A stretch of DNA of 64,000 nucleotides from assembly GCA_040876345.1 (NCBI GenBank), contig JBBDPM010000006.1:264547-328546 (forward strand). The letters run 5' to 3'. Source of the stretch: Candidatus Woykebacteria bacterium (GTDB lineage Bacteria; Patescibacteriota; Microgenomatia; Woykebacterales; RBG-16-39-9b). The notes under the pieces were generated by a model. It worked only from the letters and a program-made list of their open reading frames with translations. It had not been told where the DNA came from and searched no databases. A program made the translations under genes and the position numbers. Positions 8,633 through 18,888 of this stretch are shown here, in pieces; the first letter of the stretch is position 1; each line of letters begins with the position of its first letter.

Positions 8633-9505
8633 TTAAACACTAAAAACTGAAAGTAAGACTATACCAACTAACGTCGTCACAATTCCTAAAATTTGTTGCT
8701 TGTTAATCGCATCTTTGAAAACAAAATAAGCAACAACAGCAAACAAGGTTGGGTAAGAAGCGGAGATGGGTGTTACGATTGAAACATTCCCGCCAAGTCC
8801 CACTGCATAGTTAAAGGCTAGTAATCCACCACCGAGAAAAATGGCGTTAAAGATTAACGGGTATTTTGTCTGTTTAAAATCTTTTAAATCGATTTTGATA
8901 TTTTTGATTTTTAAGACAATCAGGATAGAAGGATAAGCTAAAGCAGCAATTAAATTTGGCCAAGCTGGCCCAATTATATCTATTGGGATTTTTATAAAAG
9001 TGTAATAAACACCCCAAACAATCATCGTCATTATTGCCAGAACCGCTCCAGCATCTAACTTAAACTTCCCATCTTTGACATCTCTGAAATTTATACTGGA
9101 TATGATGACACCAAGTAAAATAATCAAGATTGCTATTACTTGTTGAGTAGTCATACCTTCCCTTAGAAAAACAATTGATAGTATAACTACAAGTGCTGGA
9201 TATGAAGCAGAAATAGTTGTTACCAACGAAGCATTTCCAAGACGCAGGGCTTCGTAAAACAGAATCAAGCTTAGACCGCCAATAATTCCTAAAAACAAAT
9301 TCAGAAGAAACAAAGTTGGCGTTAAATTCTGAAGGCCATTCGGAAACAACAAACAAAACAAGCCATAGATTGGAATTAGAAATAGAAGAAGCCAAAAAGT
9401 TGTTTTATACGGTCCGATTTTTCTGGTAGCAATAGTACCAAATACGTTACTGCCCCAGATTATATACGCAATAATCGCAAAGAAAATCGGCTGCATAGCT
9501 GCCAT
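8633..9505 (-). CDS. EamA/DMT-family transporter (10 TM, internal duplication)
   Basis: Two EamA-like halves (e.g. YIIWGSNVFGTIATRKIG). The ORF track extends to 9547 with a GTG start. The ATG at 9505 (MAAMQPIFF...) sits inside the conserved 37-bp 5' element and is the likelier start. Confidence 0.8.
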   Translation of the reverse strand: MAAMQPIFFAIIAYIIWGSNVFGTIATRKIGPYKTTFWLLLFLIPIYGLFCLLFPNGLQNLTPTLFLLNLFLGIIGGLSLILFYEALRLGNASLVTTISASYPALVVILSIVFLREGMTTQQVIAILIILLGVIISSINFRDVKDGKFKLDAGAVLAIMTMIVWGVYYTFIKIPIDIIGPAWPNLIAALAYPSILIVLKIKNIKIDLKDFKQTKYPLIFNAIFLGGGLLAFNYAVGLGGNVSIVTPISASYPTLFAVVAYFVFKDAINKQQILGIVTTLVGIVLLSVFSV

Positions 9506-9534
9506 TCTAGCATTTTTGGTGTAAGATACAAAAC
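9498..9534 (-). promoter_or_regulatory. Second copy of the 37-bp start-codon-spanning element (see 2831-2867)
   Basis: GCTGCCATTCTAGCATTTTTGGTGTAAGATACAAAAC matches 2831-2867 with 1 mismatch. Both genes begin MAA... Confidence 0.45.
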
Positions 9535-9536
9535 AT

Positions 9537-10340
9537 ATGAAACTCACAATTCTTGGTTCTGGAGGTTCAATTGCAAACCCAACCAGAATGTCTACTGGAT
9601 TTCTTTTGGAAACAAGTAAATCCTCTTGGGTTATAGATTTTGGCGGAGGAAGTTTCTACAGACTATACAACGACCTAAACTATGATTATGTTTCCAAGGT
9701 AGACGGGGTATTTATTTCTCACCCCCACGCAGACCATCTAGTAGATTTGATGTGGTTTATGCACTCGTTATACAACTCAACGGTCTATGCTGACTGGAGA
9801 AAAAGACCTCAAGACAATCGCACTAAACCGCTTTATTTACACGGTTACCCTAGGTTTAACGAGGATTATGAGAAATTGAGACTTATGTTTCCTGAAAGGC
9901 GGGAAAAATATGAGGTTTCAATAAACGAACATGGTGAGGATAATTTCCAAGCGTTGGACTTGAAAGTAACTACAAAAATTGTTCCCCATGTTCCAGAACA
10001 CTTTACTGCTATTGGTTTCCGGATAGAAGCAGAAGGTAAAACTCTTATGTATTCGGGGGATTCGGCTTACAGCGAAGTTTTGGTTGAACTGGCAAAAGAT
10101 GCTGACTTGGCACTAATGGAGTCATCAGTCTTTCCGACTCTTTATAGGGAAAGGGGGGCTGGTAGAACCCACATTTCACCATTTGAAGGTGGTAAAATTG
10201 CAAAAGAAGCTTCCGTAAAAAAGCTAGTCCTTACCCACCTTTATGATTTTGACCCAGAAGCCGAATTTATAAAAGAAGCTAAAAAATCATATTCAGGGGA
10301 AGTAGTTGTAGCTAAAGACTTGCTAAGTCTTGAGATTTAA
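9537..10340 (+). CDS. MBL-fold metallo-hydrolase (RNase Z/beta-lactamase superfamily)
   Basis: HxHxDH motif ISHPHADHLVDL plus downstream His/Asp ligands. Confidence 0.8.
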   Translation: MKLTILGSGGSIANPTRMSTGFLLETSKSSWVIDFGGGSFYRLYNDLNYDYVSKVDGVFISHPHADHLVDLMWFMHSLYNSTVYADWRKRPQDNRTKPLYLHGYPRFNEDYEKLRLMFPERREKYEVSINEHGEDNFQALDLKVTTKIVPHVPEHFTAIGFRIEAEGKTLMYSGDSAYSEVLVELAKDADLALMESSVFPTLYRERGAGRTHISPFEGGKIAKEASVKKLVLTHLYDFDPEAEFIKEAKKSYSGEVVVAKDLLSLEI

Positions 10341-10343
10341 TCA

Positions 10344-10751
10344 ATGGAAAAAGTAAGTGTAGTAGCAGTCCACATTGAGCAAGGTAGTAAGATTCTAATG
10401 GTTCAAGAAAAGGGTCGGGCGTGGGGTTTGTGGTCTATACCAATAGGCCACGTAGACGAAGGCGAAACTTTAGAACAAGCAGCGATACGAGAGTTAAAAG
10501 AGGAAACAGGTTACGATATTGAAGTTACGCAGAGTCTCGGCCAAAAGGCTGTTTCCGATACCGAATATAAAGGTGGTGAAAAGGACGTAGGTAAACAAAT
10601 AGAGATAAATTTCTTTGAGGGAAAGATAATCGGTGGAGAATTAAAGCCAGATTTGGAAGGGCTTTTGGACGTTAGGTGGGTTGAAAAAGACAAAGTTTTA
10701 GATTTGCCGTTGCGAGGCGATTGGTTAAAAGATATCTTAACTCATGATTAA
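10344..10751 (+). CDS. NUDIX hydrolase
   Basis: Nudix box GHVDEGETLEQAAIRELKEETG (GX5EX7REUXEEXGU). Confidence 0.85.
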   Translation: MEKVSVVAVHIEQGSKILMVQEKGRAWGLWSIPIGHVDEGETLEQAAIRELKEETGYDIEVTQSLGQKAVSDTEYKGGEKDVGKQIEINFFEGKIIGGELKPDLEGLLDVRWVEKDKVLDLPLRGDWLKDILTHD

Positions 10752-11463
10752 ACAAAAATTTCTAATAACAGGTTCACGTGGTTTAATAGGAAGTATTTTA
10801 TCAAAGGCATTATCAGAAAAATTTGAAGTTTTTGGTACTGATGTTAAAGAGAAGTCAGAGGAAAAATATTACGGAATTGATTTATCAGACTTAGAAGCAG
10901 TAAAAAAGGTCTTTAATGGGCTTCCCGAACTTGACTGTATTATTCATCTAGGAGCAGACGCTAATCCGAATGCAAGCTGGGAGTCAGTTCTTAAAAATAA
11001 CATAATAGCTACAAGAAATATATATGAGTGTGCAAGAGAATTTGAAGTCCCTAAAGTAATTTTTGCTAGTACAAATAGAGTAACAGAAGGTTATGAAGGC
11101 AATACTACTAGTAAACTAGTCTCAAACGAGGACGCAATAAGACCAAAAAGTTATTATGGAGTAAGTAAGGCTTTTGGAGAAGCGGTCGCTAGACAATTTT
11201 TTGAGGTTGACAAAATTAAATCAATTTGTTTAAGAATTGGGAGTGTCTTAAAGGATGATGACCCAAGAGGTGATAACCTTAAAATGAAAAAGTGGTTAAG
11301 TCATAGAGACCTTGTGCAGCTAATTGAGAGGTGCTTAGAATCAGATGTTAAGTTTGGAATCTATTACGGAATTTCAAACAACAAAACCAGATTTTATGAT
11401 ATTTCAGACGCTCTAAAGGATTTGGGTTACACACCACAGGATGATTCGTCTTTGTTAACTTGA
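10744..11463 (+). CDS. NAD-dependent epimerase/dehydratase (SDR family)
   Basis: N-terminal Rossmann motif ITGSRGLIGSILSKAL and catalytic YxxxK (SYYGVSK). Confidence 0.75.
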   Translation: MIKQKFLITGSRGLIGSILSKALSEKFEVFGTDVKEKSEEKYYGIDLSDLEAVKKVFNGLPELDCIIHLGADANPNASWESVLKNNIIATRNIYECAREFEVPKVIFASTNRVTEGYEGNTTSKLVSNEDAIRPKSYYGVSKAFGEAVARQFFEVDKIKSICLRIGSVLKDDDPRGDNLKMKKWLSHRDLVQLIERCLESDVKFGIYYGISNNKTRFYDISDALKDLGYTPQDDSSLLT

Positions 11464-11479
11464 TAAGTTATAATTGAAA

Positions 11480-11562
11480 AAACGGCCTAGGTTGGCTTGG
11501 CTAAAATCAAACGAGTTCAATGTCGGCCAGAGGTTCCTGATATCGTCCAGCAAGGCCGACCA
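11480..11562. repeat. ~85-bp structured intergenic repeat, copy 2, just upstream of the pilin gene array
   Basis: AAATCAAACGAGTTCAATGTCGGCCAGAGGTTCCTGATATCGTCCAGCAAGGCCGACC has about 4 mismatches relative to copy 1. Confidence 0.7.
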
Positions 11563-11603
11563 AATTGTTGACACCTCCAAGTTTAAATACTATAGTTTAA
11601 CTA

Positions 11604-12095
11604 ATGATTCTGCCACTATCTAAACTCTACTCTGGACCTAGAAAAAAGCGCAATGGGTTCACCCTACTTGAGCTGTTAATAGTAGTTGCCATAATCGCTA
11701 TATTAACATCTATTGGGATTTTTGCCTTGAGGAACGCACAAAGAAACGCTCGGGATAGCAAAAGACAACAAGATCTCAATCAACTTAAAGTTTCCCTAGA
11801 GCAGTATTTTGAAACTACCATACCTCATCAATACCCGTCTAGCACTGCCGGAAAAATTAATTGTGGTGGAGCTCTGGATTGGGGTACCTCTCCATTCACC
11901 TGTAATAATAAGACTTACATGAAGCAGTTACCAAATGATCCTGTTGGGGGGAGAAATTATTGTTACGATTCCACCGGCAGTACGTTCTCACTCTACACTA
12001 ACGTGGAGAATCTGCGTACTCCCGGGATTTTGAGCCCAGCGGTTGCTTGCAATGGATCTACAACCTACAATTACAGAGTTCAAGGCGAGAAATAG
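11604..12095 (+). CDS. Type IV pilin/pseudopilin (prepilin-type N-terminal cleavage/methylation domain)
   Basis: Class III signal KRNG|FTLLELLIVVAIIAIL with G-1, F+1, E+5. Confidence 0.8.
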   Translation: MILPLSKLYSGPRKKRNGFTLLELLIVVAIIAILTSIGIFALRNAQRNARDSKRQQDLNQLKVSLEQYFETTIPHQYPSSTAGKINCGGALDWGTSPFTCNNKTYMKQLPNDPVGGRNYCYDSTGSTFSLYTNVENLRTPGILSPAVACNGSTTYNYRVQGEK

Positions 12096-12133
12096 GTTTG
12101 ACAAGTATTATTTGCTAATCTATATTTAAACTA

Positions 12134-12883
12134 ATGTCCAACTTCAAGAAATTTCAAATATCAAGGCGTGGTTTTACTCTTATCGAGATCCTGATTGCTC
12201 TTGCAATAATTGCCATTCTCCTCACGGTCGGTATCCTTTCTTTTAGAAATGCCCTGCGCCAAGGTAGAGACTCAGAAAAGAAAGCTACGATTAAAGAAGT
12301 CCAATCCGCCCTTGAAGCATATTATGCAGATCATGGGCGTTATCCTATTCACAATAATCCTCCTACCACTCCTGATGATGCTGCAGCAAGTGATTACGGG
12401 GCCTGCGACCCTTCAAGTACTTCGCAATGTTTGGTTGCTACAAACACTATGGAAGTAGATTTCAATAGAGGGCATAATAACTACCAGACAAAAGTTGCGA
12501 AATCTTTCGACGACGCTATTGAGCCTTATTTAGCTGGCGGTCTTCCCGATGCACCCATGGGACCTTTCCAAGGTAACACATATACCAGTGGTTGGAGTTG
12601 GACAGGTTATTTGTATACCTCGAGGGTAGAAGTGTCACCAGGGGTTTGGAGCACAGATGGTAGTACTTACCGGCTTGGTACTTGGCTTGAGAATAACGGT
12701 AGCGGTGGGGGTACTGCCGATCCAGATATAAATAATCCAGTAGGATTTACCCCACCAGGAAACAATGGATCCCAAGCAAGAGCTGGTTTATGTTGTGGTG
12801 GGAACGGACCTGCCGTCTGCAATAAATTTCAATGGGGATGCCTAACAAATTATTTTGTCGGCCCACCCACAGAAGGTTTTTGA
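12134..12883 (+). CDS. Type IV pilin (249 aa)
   Basis: RRG|FTLIEILIALAIIAIL prepilin leader with a hydrophobic N-terminal helix. Confidence 0.8.
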   Translation: MSNFKKFQISRRGFTLIEILIALAIIAILLTVGILSFRNALRQGRDSEKKATIKEVQSALEAYYADHGRYPIHNNPPTTPDDAAASDYGACDPSSTSQCLVATNTMEVDFNRGHNNYQTKVAKSFDDAIEPYLAGGLPDAPMGPFQGNTYTSGWSWTGYLYTSRVEVSPGVWSTDGSTYRLGTWLENNGSGGGTADPDINNPVGFTPPGNNGSQARAGLCCGGNGPAVCNKFQWGCLTNYFVGPPTEGF

Positions 12884-12886
12884 TCA

Positions 12887-13444
12887 ATGATGTTTAATCG
12901 AAAGTCTTATGGTTTCACCTTAATAGAGCTTCTAATTGTGATTGTAATTATTGCGGTTTTAGTCACGATTACTGCCTCGTCCTATCGAGAAGCTCAGGAG
13001 AGCAGCCGAGATTCTAAAAGAAAATCTGATTTGGCAAAATTGGAAGCAGCCCTAGAAAGATTTTATAGTGATAACAATAAATACCCAAACGACAATGGAG
13101 TTGGAGGCCTAATCGTTTGTCCGGATGGAACTGCATTAACTTGGGGTGAGGACCATGCGTTTCAATGTACAATTGGTGGCAGCGATAAAGTTTATATGAA
13201 TGAGATGCCTAAGGATCCAAGAGACTCACGAGGTTATTTCTATAACGCAACCGACATAAACAATAACCCTTGTGATAATAATGATACAAATTCTGGCAAT
13301 GATTGTTTTAAATACATAATCTCTGCGCAAATTGAAGATGCACAAGATAAGGACGTTATCAACCTTACAGGATGTAGTCCCCAAACCGGAGCAACTCCTA
13401 CCTACAACTACTGTGTCCCTCGGGGTCAGAGAAAACAAGTATAG
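12887..13444 (+). CDS. Type IV pilin (185 aa)
   Basis: SYG|FTLIELLIVIVIIAVL. Third gene of a tandem array. Confidence 0.8.
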   Translation: MMFNRKSYGFTLIELLIVIVIIAVLVTITASSYREAQESSRDSKRKSDLAKLEAALERFYSDNNKYPNDNGVGGLIVCPDGTALTWGEDHAFQCTIGGSDKVYMNEMPKDPRDSRGYFYNATDINNNPCDNNDTNSGNDCFKYIISAQIEDAQDKDVINLTGCSPQTGATPTYNYCVPRGQRKQV

Positions 13445-13458
13445 ACTAGATTACTGGA

Positions 13459-14007
13459 TTAATAAGACTGAATTTCGTCTTTGTGGAACCAAAGGCTTTC
13501 TTCAAACTTCGCTTCCTTAACCGAACCTGAGACGTGGACAATATTCTCTACTCCTCGCTTCTCAACATTAGCATAAGCGGCCGAATCAGTCGCCAAATCG
13601 CCTCTAATGGTCCCTGGTGCTGCCTTAACCGGCATTGTGGGGCCAGCAACTGAGCGGACATTATCTACAGCGTGACGGCCCTCAAGAAGGATTGCCACTA
13701 TTGGGCCAGATCCCACATAATTTATCGTCCATTGACGTATCATCTTTCCAAGCTCTAATACATCAGTTGTACCAAGGTCTTCTCCCGGGTCTTTACCATA
13801 CTCCTCGTAAGTCTTTAAAGTCTTCTCCCCAAGGCTCATCAGATATTCTTTATCATCTTTATAGTGTTTGCCCAGTTGATCGTAATTTGCCCAAACGAGC
13901 TTCATGGCCACGATTTTGAGCCCCATTTTTTCAAATCGAGAAATAACCTCTCCGACAAGAGCCCGTTTTACTCCATCTGGTTTTATTAAAATAACAGTAC
14001 GTTCCAT
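13459..14007 (-). CDS. ndk: Nucleoside diphosphate kinase with a C-terminal extension
   Basis: MERTVILIKPDGVKRALVGEVISRFEKMGLKIVAMK and active-site His region NIVHVSGS. 182 aa against the usual ~140. Confidence 0.85.
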   Translation of the reverse strand: MERTVILIKPDGVKRALVGEVISRFEKMGLKIVAMKLVWANYDQLGKHYKDDKEYLMSLGEKTLKTYEEYGKDPGEDLGTTDVLELGKMIRQWTINYVGSGPIVAILLEGRHAVDNVRSVAGPTMPVKAAPGTIRGDLATDSAAYANVEKRGVENIVHVSGSVKEAKFEESLWFHKDEIQSY

Positions 14008-14071
14008 GATTTTTGTATGAAGTATCAGGTATCAATCAAAATCTTAATCCTTAACACATGACACTTTGATA

Positions 14072-15340
14072 CTAGAACCTCAGAATTTTTTCAAATTTCG
14101 AAGATTCTTTATATGGTCCTATCACCGCTAAGTTCAACCCCTGATTGACAAAGATATCTTTTGCTACACTTTGTATATCTTTAGCAGTAACTTTTTCAAC
14201 TTCTTTAAATATTTCTTCTGTCGATCGTATCTTTCCTTCTAAAATCTCTTGCAAGCCAAAGATATTACCCACTTCCCTACTATCTTCAAGATCGAGAATC
14301 ATTTTACCTTTTATGTACTCTTTTGCTCTTCTCAATTCTACCTCGGAAGGCGGATTTTGTGCAATATCCGAATATTCCTGAAGAATCACTTTAGCTGCCT
14401 CTTCAATGTTTTTTGGTTCAACTCCAGCTTGGGCGGCCAAACTTCCAGCATCGTGATATTCCTCAACGCCAGCTCGTACATAGTAAGCTAATCCTCGTCG
14501 CTCCCTTAGCTGAATAAAAAGCCGGCTACTCATTGATCCGCCCAGTATTGTTGAAAGAAGGGCAATTTTATACCTATCTTTATGACCCCGCTCATATGAC
14601 CGGACCCCTAAGCAAAGGTGAGCCTGCTCACTACCCTTAAAGAAAGTCTTAACCATTGGTTTTGATTGACTCAAGGTTACTGGCAAGAACCCTTTGGCTT
14701 TTTTATCTTTAATCGCTCCCATATATTCATCAACAAACAAGTTTGCTCTCTCTGGATCCACTCCTCCAGATATAACTACCACCATGTTACTTGGAGTGTA
14801 AAAATCCTCAATATATTTAAAAAAGTCCCGACGCTCGATGTTCTTCAGAGACTCTAAAGTACCAGCTGTATCCCAACCAAGAGGCTGATCGCCAAAAAGA
14901 AGCATTTCGTAAATATCCCCGATATAGCGCATCGGCGTATCAAGGTACATTCTAATTTCCTCAGCGATTACGTTTCTTTCCCGGTTAATCTCTTCTTGCG
15001 CAAAAATTGAGTTTAAAAGCATATCAGAAACTACATCCAGGCAAAGCTGAAGATGCTCTTTTGCCGCTTTAATGTAGTAGCCGGTAAATTCTTTCGAGGT
15101 AAAAGCGTTGAACTCACCACCAACTCCGTCTATCAAACTAGATATATCTAATGTAGAAGGCCTCTTTTTAGTTCCTTTGAAGAACATATGCTCGGCAAAA
15201 TGAGCAATACCGTTTGTTTTCTTCTCTTCATAGCGAGATCCGGATCTTACTAGAATCATGCTAGTAGCCGACTGAACAGACGGCATTTGGTTGTTAACTA
15301 CTCTTAATTTATTATTTAAAGTAACTTTTTCTGGTTTCAT
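14072..15340 (-). CDS. M16-family (insulinase/pitrilysin-like) zinc peptidase
   Basis: Inverted zincin motif HFAEHMFFKGT (HxxEH). Confidence 0.8.
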   Translation of the reverse strand: MKPEKVTLNNKLRVVNNQMPSVQSATSMILVRSGSRYEEKKTNGIAHFAEHMFFKGTKKRPSTLDISSLIDGVGGEFNAFTSKEFTGYYIKAAKEHLQLCLDVVSDMLLNSIFAQEEINRERNVIAEEIRMYLDTPMRYIGDIYEMLLFGDQPLGWDTAGTLESLKNIERRDFFKYIEDFYTPSNMVVVISGGVDPERANLFVDEYMGAIKDKKAKGFLPVTLSQSKPMVKTFFKGSEQAHLCLGVRSYERGHKDRYKIALLSTILGGSMSSRLFIQLRERRGLAYYVRAGVEEYHDAGSLAAQAGVEPKNIEEAAKVILQEYSDIAQNPPSEVELRRAKEYIKGKMILDLEDSREVGNIFGLQEILEGKIRSTEEIFKEVEKVTAKDIQSVAKDIFVNQGLNLAVIGPYKESSKFEKILRF

Positions 15341-15635
15341 AAAAAGTAATTATGTAACCTAATGACGCGAAAAGTTCCGCTAACCTAAGATTTGAACGAT
15401 GATTGTAACAGAAAGTTCAAAAGATGCAAAGAGTTAAAATGACCCCCTCCACGGATCTTATGCCCACAGTTTCCGACGTTTTTTCCACGCCGTTCGGCGG
15501 TCTCGAAAACAACCTGCGCGCTATTAACAAATTATTAATCCTAAATCAAACCTAAATATGACAATATTAACGATCGTATATTTTGTCAATTTTTAATCTG
15601 GTTTTGAAATTCAAGGTATTTGGTTTTTTGGCAAT

Positions 15636-17324
15636 CTACATACTTTCAGGCGCGGAGACTCCAACAAGGTTTAGCGTGTTGCGAAGAACTATTTTTGTGG
15701 CTAATATTAGATTCAAGCGAGCCTTAGCAATATCTTCCTTCTCACCTATCACTCTATAACTCTCATAATACTTATGGAACATTTCTGCTAGTTCAACTAA
15801 GTAAGTGGTAAATTGATTTACTGCTAAGCTCTCGGACAAATCTTCAACTAAATCAGGAAGTTTTAGGAGTTTTTTCGCGAGTGCTAATTCTTGAGGCTGT
15901 CTTAGCAAAGATAAGTCCGCTCCGATAAACTTTTCGTGGCTAAAACCTTCCTCTTTCGCCTTTTTCAAAATGTTACTCACCCGAGCGTAGGCATATTGGA
16001 CATAATATACTGGATTGGATTCATTCCTCTTCTTTGCAAGTTCGAGGTCAAAATCCATATGGGTACTTGGCGAGTGTGAAAGGAGGAAAAATCTAAATGC
16101 GTCACGACCAACCTCATCGATCACCTCACCTGCAGTTATGAAATTCCCCGCCCTTTTGGACATACTAACTATATCTTTACCTTTCTTTACCCTAACATAT
16201 TGATATAAAATTACTTTAAACTTTTTTTCTTCAAATCCAAGAGCTTTTACTGCTGCTCGAAGACGTGGGACGTGCCCGTGGTGATTACTACCTAAAACGT
16301 CTACGACTAAGTCTGGCTTGTTTTCAAACTTCAGCTCATGAAAGGCTATATCATCGGCAAAATACGTGTAGCGTTCATCTGAGCGGCGCAGAACTGCCTC
16401 TTTATCCTTCACTGGATGATGCTCAAGTGCAAACCATAATGCGTCGTCTTTTTCCTTTGTTAACCCTTTTGAAGAAAGGTATTTAACAACTTTTTCTGTT
16501 CTACCAGATTTTTGAAGATCACTCTCATGTTGAATTTTATCAAACCTAATTCCCATACTTTTTATATCAACCAAAATTTCCTCGAAAATTAACTTTATCG
16601 CCGTCTCTCTAATCTCATCTAAACTTTTTCCAGAAAGATTATTCAGCCTTGCCGCAAGATCGTTATAAAATTCCCCCTGATACTGATCCATTACCACTTC
16701 ACCGTCAATCATTCCCTTTAAATTCTCCGCGAATACATCAACCTGGGTGCCTAAATTATTATCGTAATATTCCCGAATAACTTGATATCCAGAAGCTGAA
16801 AGGACATTAGCTATCGTATCTCCCAAAGGGCCTCCCCTTGCATTACCAATGTGTAGTGGTCCAGTCGGATTTGCCGATATGAACTCGACGCTTGCTTTTT
16901 TACCTTTATTAATCTCGTTTTCTCCGAAAGACTCATCTTCCTTAATTATTTTTTGGATATTATTCGTTATTGTAGAGGGTTCTATGTAGAAGTTTACGAA
17001 TCCAGGTTCGACAAAATCTACTTTTGAAAACTCCTCAAATTTTTCCGCTTTAGCTATAAATTTTTTAGCACACTCTAGCTTTGAGTGTTTATCCTGAGCT
17101 TTTTCCAGCTTCATTACAACATTAGTCGAATAATCACCAAACTTAACATTGGAAGATTCTCTAACTTCATAGGAGACTTTAGGAAATTTTTCCTCTTTTA
17201 AAACTTGTTCGATTGTCTTCTTGACTGTATTCCTAATCATTTTGTTTATTAGTATAACATCCTTGACCGTCGGTAACAATTTCAACTGTCCCATCTTGAT
17301 CAGTTCGGTAAATTTCCGTATCAA
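15636..17324 (-). CDS. argS: Arginine--tRNA ligase
   Basis: Class I HIGH (PTGPLHIGNARGG) and KMSKS-like (SMSKRAGNFI) motifs with ArgRS N- and C-terminal domains. The track start is TTG. An internal ATG (MGQLK.. or MIRNTVKK..) is probably the real start. Confidence 0.9.
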   Translation of the reverse strand: MIRKFTELIKMGQLKLLPTVKDVILINKMIRNTVKKTIEQVLKEEKFPKVSYEVRESSNVKFGDYSTNVVMKLEKAQDKHSKLECAKKFIAKAEKFEEFSKVDFVEPGFVNFYIEPSTITNNIQKIIKEDESFGENEINKGKKASVEFISANPTGPLHIGNARGGPLGDTIANVLSASGYQVIREYYDNNLGTQVDVFAENLKGMIDGEVVMDQYQGEFYNDLAARLNNLSGKSLDEIRETAIKLIFEEILVDIKSMGIRFDKIQHESDLQKSGRTEKVVKYLSSKGLTKEKDDALWFALEHHPVKDKEAVLRRSDERYTYFADDIAFHELKFENKPDLVVDVLGSNHHGHVPRLRAAVKALGFEEKKFKVILYQYVRVKKGKDIVSMSKRAGNFITAGEVIDEVGRDAFRFFLLSHSPSTHMDFDLELAKKRNESNPVYYVQYAYARVSNILKKAKEEGFSHEKFIGADLSLLRQPQELALAKKLLKLPDLVEDLSESLAVNQFTTYLVELAEMFHKYYESYRVIGEKEDIAKARLNLILATKIVLRNTLNLVGVSAPESM

Positions 17325-18378
17325 TTGAGGCTAATAAATTTAGTAGGTCCTTGTGAGGATGCCCATATCTATTTTTTTTACCTACTGATATTACCACGAC
17401 TTCTGGCGAAAGTTTCTCAGCATAGTCTTTTCTTAAGGCAGTCTCCGATCCGTTGTGAGGAATTTTCAGAAACTCAATATCCGAAACTGAACATGAATAA
17501 AATTTTACTTGCTTATCGTCATCCCCATTTATTAATCCTTCGGGATCTTCCGGTAAATCTTTTTTAACACCAAGAAGAACCCCAGAAAGAAGAGGTGCTT
17601 GGGCTCGGGTAATAAATTTGTTTATTTTATCCTCAACCTTTTTCTTGTGAATAAAGAAAAGTTTGGAGGCTGCTTACTCTTGTAATCTTTTCGATCTTAG
17701 GGTAAATGATTAAACCAGTTTCATTAGCAACTCCATCAACTCTAACAACATCACCATATGATATATTTGGATACTTTTTAATTATAATTTGATAGTCATT
17801 TAATTTGAAATAAATTTGTTCGCTGGCCCTTCTTGACTCCTTCGATACTTTTCCCTCAGTTATAACATTTCCTACTTTTAATTGCGTTCGAGGAATAAAG
17901 TGATACCTAATTGCTACTAAACCGGCTGCGATCAGAATGCTGGATAAATAAAGCGGTAAACTCTTACTGTACAATAACCAGATCCTTGACTCCCTTAAAA
18001 AAGTTTTTGGCCCTAAAACTTTTTTGGTCAGTAAATCATCTACTGAAAGGTATGGACGATCCTCAACCATCTTTTGATCTGTAACTGGCCCGATCTTTGG
18101 CAGAGTGTCAAGATTAGATAAAGAAGCGTTGTTAATGTTTACTTTTCCAGAGACTTTTGATTATGCACCTTGCGAATTACCGGCACTTGTGCCAGAAGAT
18201 ACGAGCTCACCAACCGTTGGAACGTATATTTTTGCACCGTCATTAACAACTTGAGCAAGGTTTAAGTTCTTCGCAACCCAATTATCAGCACTCGAGAGTA
18301 CCCAAATAACTTGAGCGATTAGCGAATGGATTTGTTTACCTAGAGTGCTATAGGAAATTTTATGCGTGTTTGAGGTTT
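17238..18378 (-). pseudogene. Decayed comEA-comEC competence locus. ComEA SLBB fragment, in-frame TAA, ComEA HhH fused to the ComEC N-terminal (DUF4131-like) domain, frameshift, ComEC C-terminal MBL fragment
   Basis: Minus-strand translation gives ...DNWVAKNLNLAQVVNDGAKIYVPTVGELV (ComEA SLBB-like), then TAA (+18161-18163). Next comes SKVSGKVNINNASLSNLDTLPKIGPVTDQKMVEDRPYLSVDDLLTKKVLGPKTF (ComEA HhH) running into the 145-aa ORF 17633-18070 (ComEC N-terminal OB/TM region). In another frame (about 17238-17680) is ...LKIPHNGSETAL...VISVGKKNRYGHPHKDLLNLL, the conserved C-terminal end of the ComEC beta-lactamase domain. The central competence channel domain is absent. Confidence 0.5.
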
Positions 18379-18432
18379 AGGAGCGCAAAGCGCTTTTAAT
18401 AATTTAAGATCAACAAGGTGGGACACTAAACC

Positions 18433-18828
18433 TTAATCTTTTATTGACCTTTTATACTTGGGAACCCAGGATTTATAGAAATCTACTAGATGATCCAAAC
18501 CCCGAGACCGGAGTTCCTTATCAATCACCCCTCCGCGATGAGGATAGCGATGCATTCGAGGGTTTTCTGAAGAGAAACCTTGGGTATAATGCACAAGTTC
18601 ATGGGCAAGAGTGTGATCTATTACTTCGGCTGGGAACTTTGAGTTGCTAAACCTCCCATTAATCGTAATGTAACTAATCTTTTTTTTAAGATCAAGACGA
18701 ATTGAACCAAATCGATAAATTGCTTCTCTGCCAAACCTTATTACGATTGGGTTGGTTCTCTTGACATCAGAGAAGTAATTTCGCCAAATTTTATTCAAAC
18801 GCGATTCAAGCCAATAGTTATCACGCAC
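18433..18828 (-). CDS. Putative zinc metallopeptidase (SprT/DUF45-like, HExxH)
   Basis: HTLAHELVHYTQGF...H motif near the C-terminus. Small, 131 aa. Confidence 0.5.
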   Translation of the reverse strand: MRDNYWLESRLNKIWRNYFSDVKRTNPIVIRFGREAIYRFGSIRLDLKKKISYITINGRFSNSKFPAEVIDHTLAHELVHYTQGFSSENPRMHRYPHRGGVIDKELRSRGLDHLVDFYKSWVPKYKRSIKD

Positions 18829-18888
18829 TAAAATAACTCCTTGTCTAATTTGGGTGGTAAAAACCTTCTAGAAACTAGTGGAAAGTGG

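Noticed and set aside
9060-9395. 111-aa minus-strand ORF inside the EamA transporter gene in another frame
   Set aside because: Alternative-frame artefact of a strongly supported membrane transporter ORF.
17325-17567. 80-aa plus-strand ORF
   Set aside because: Lies antisense to the ComEC C-terminal MBL-domain remnant, which is recognisable on the minus strand. No supporting features.
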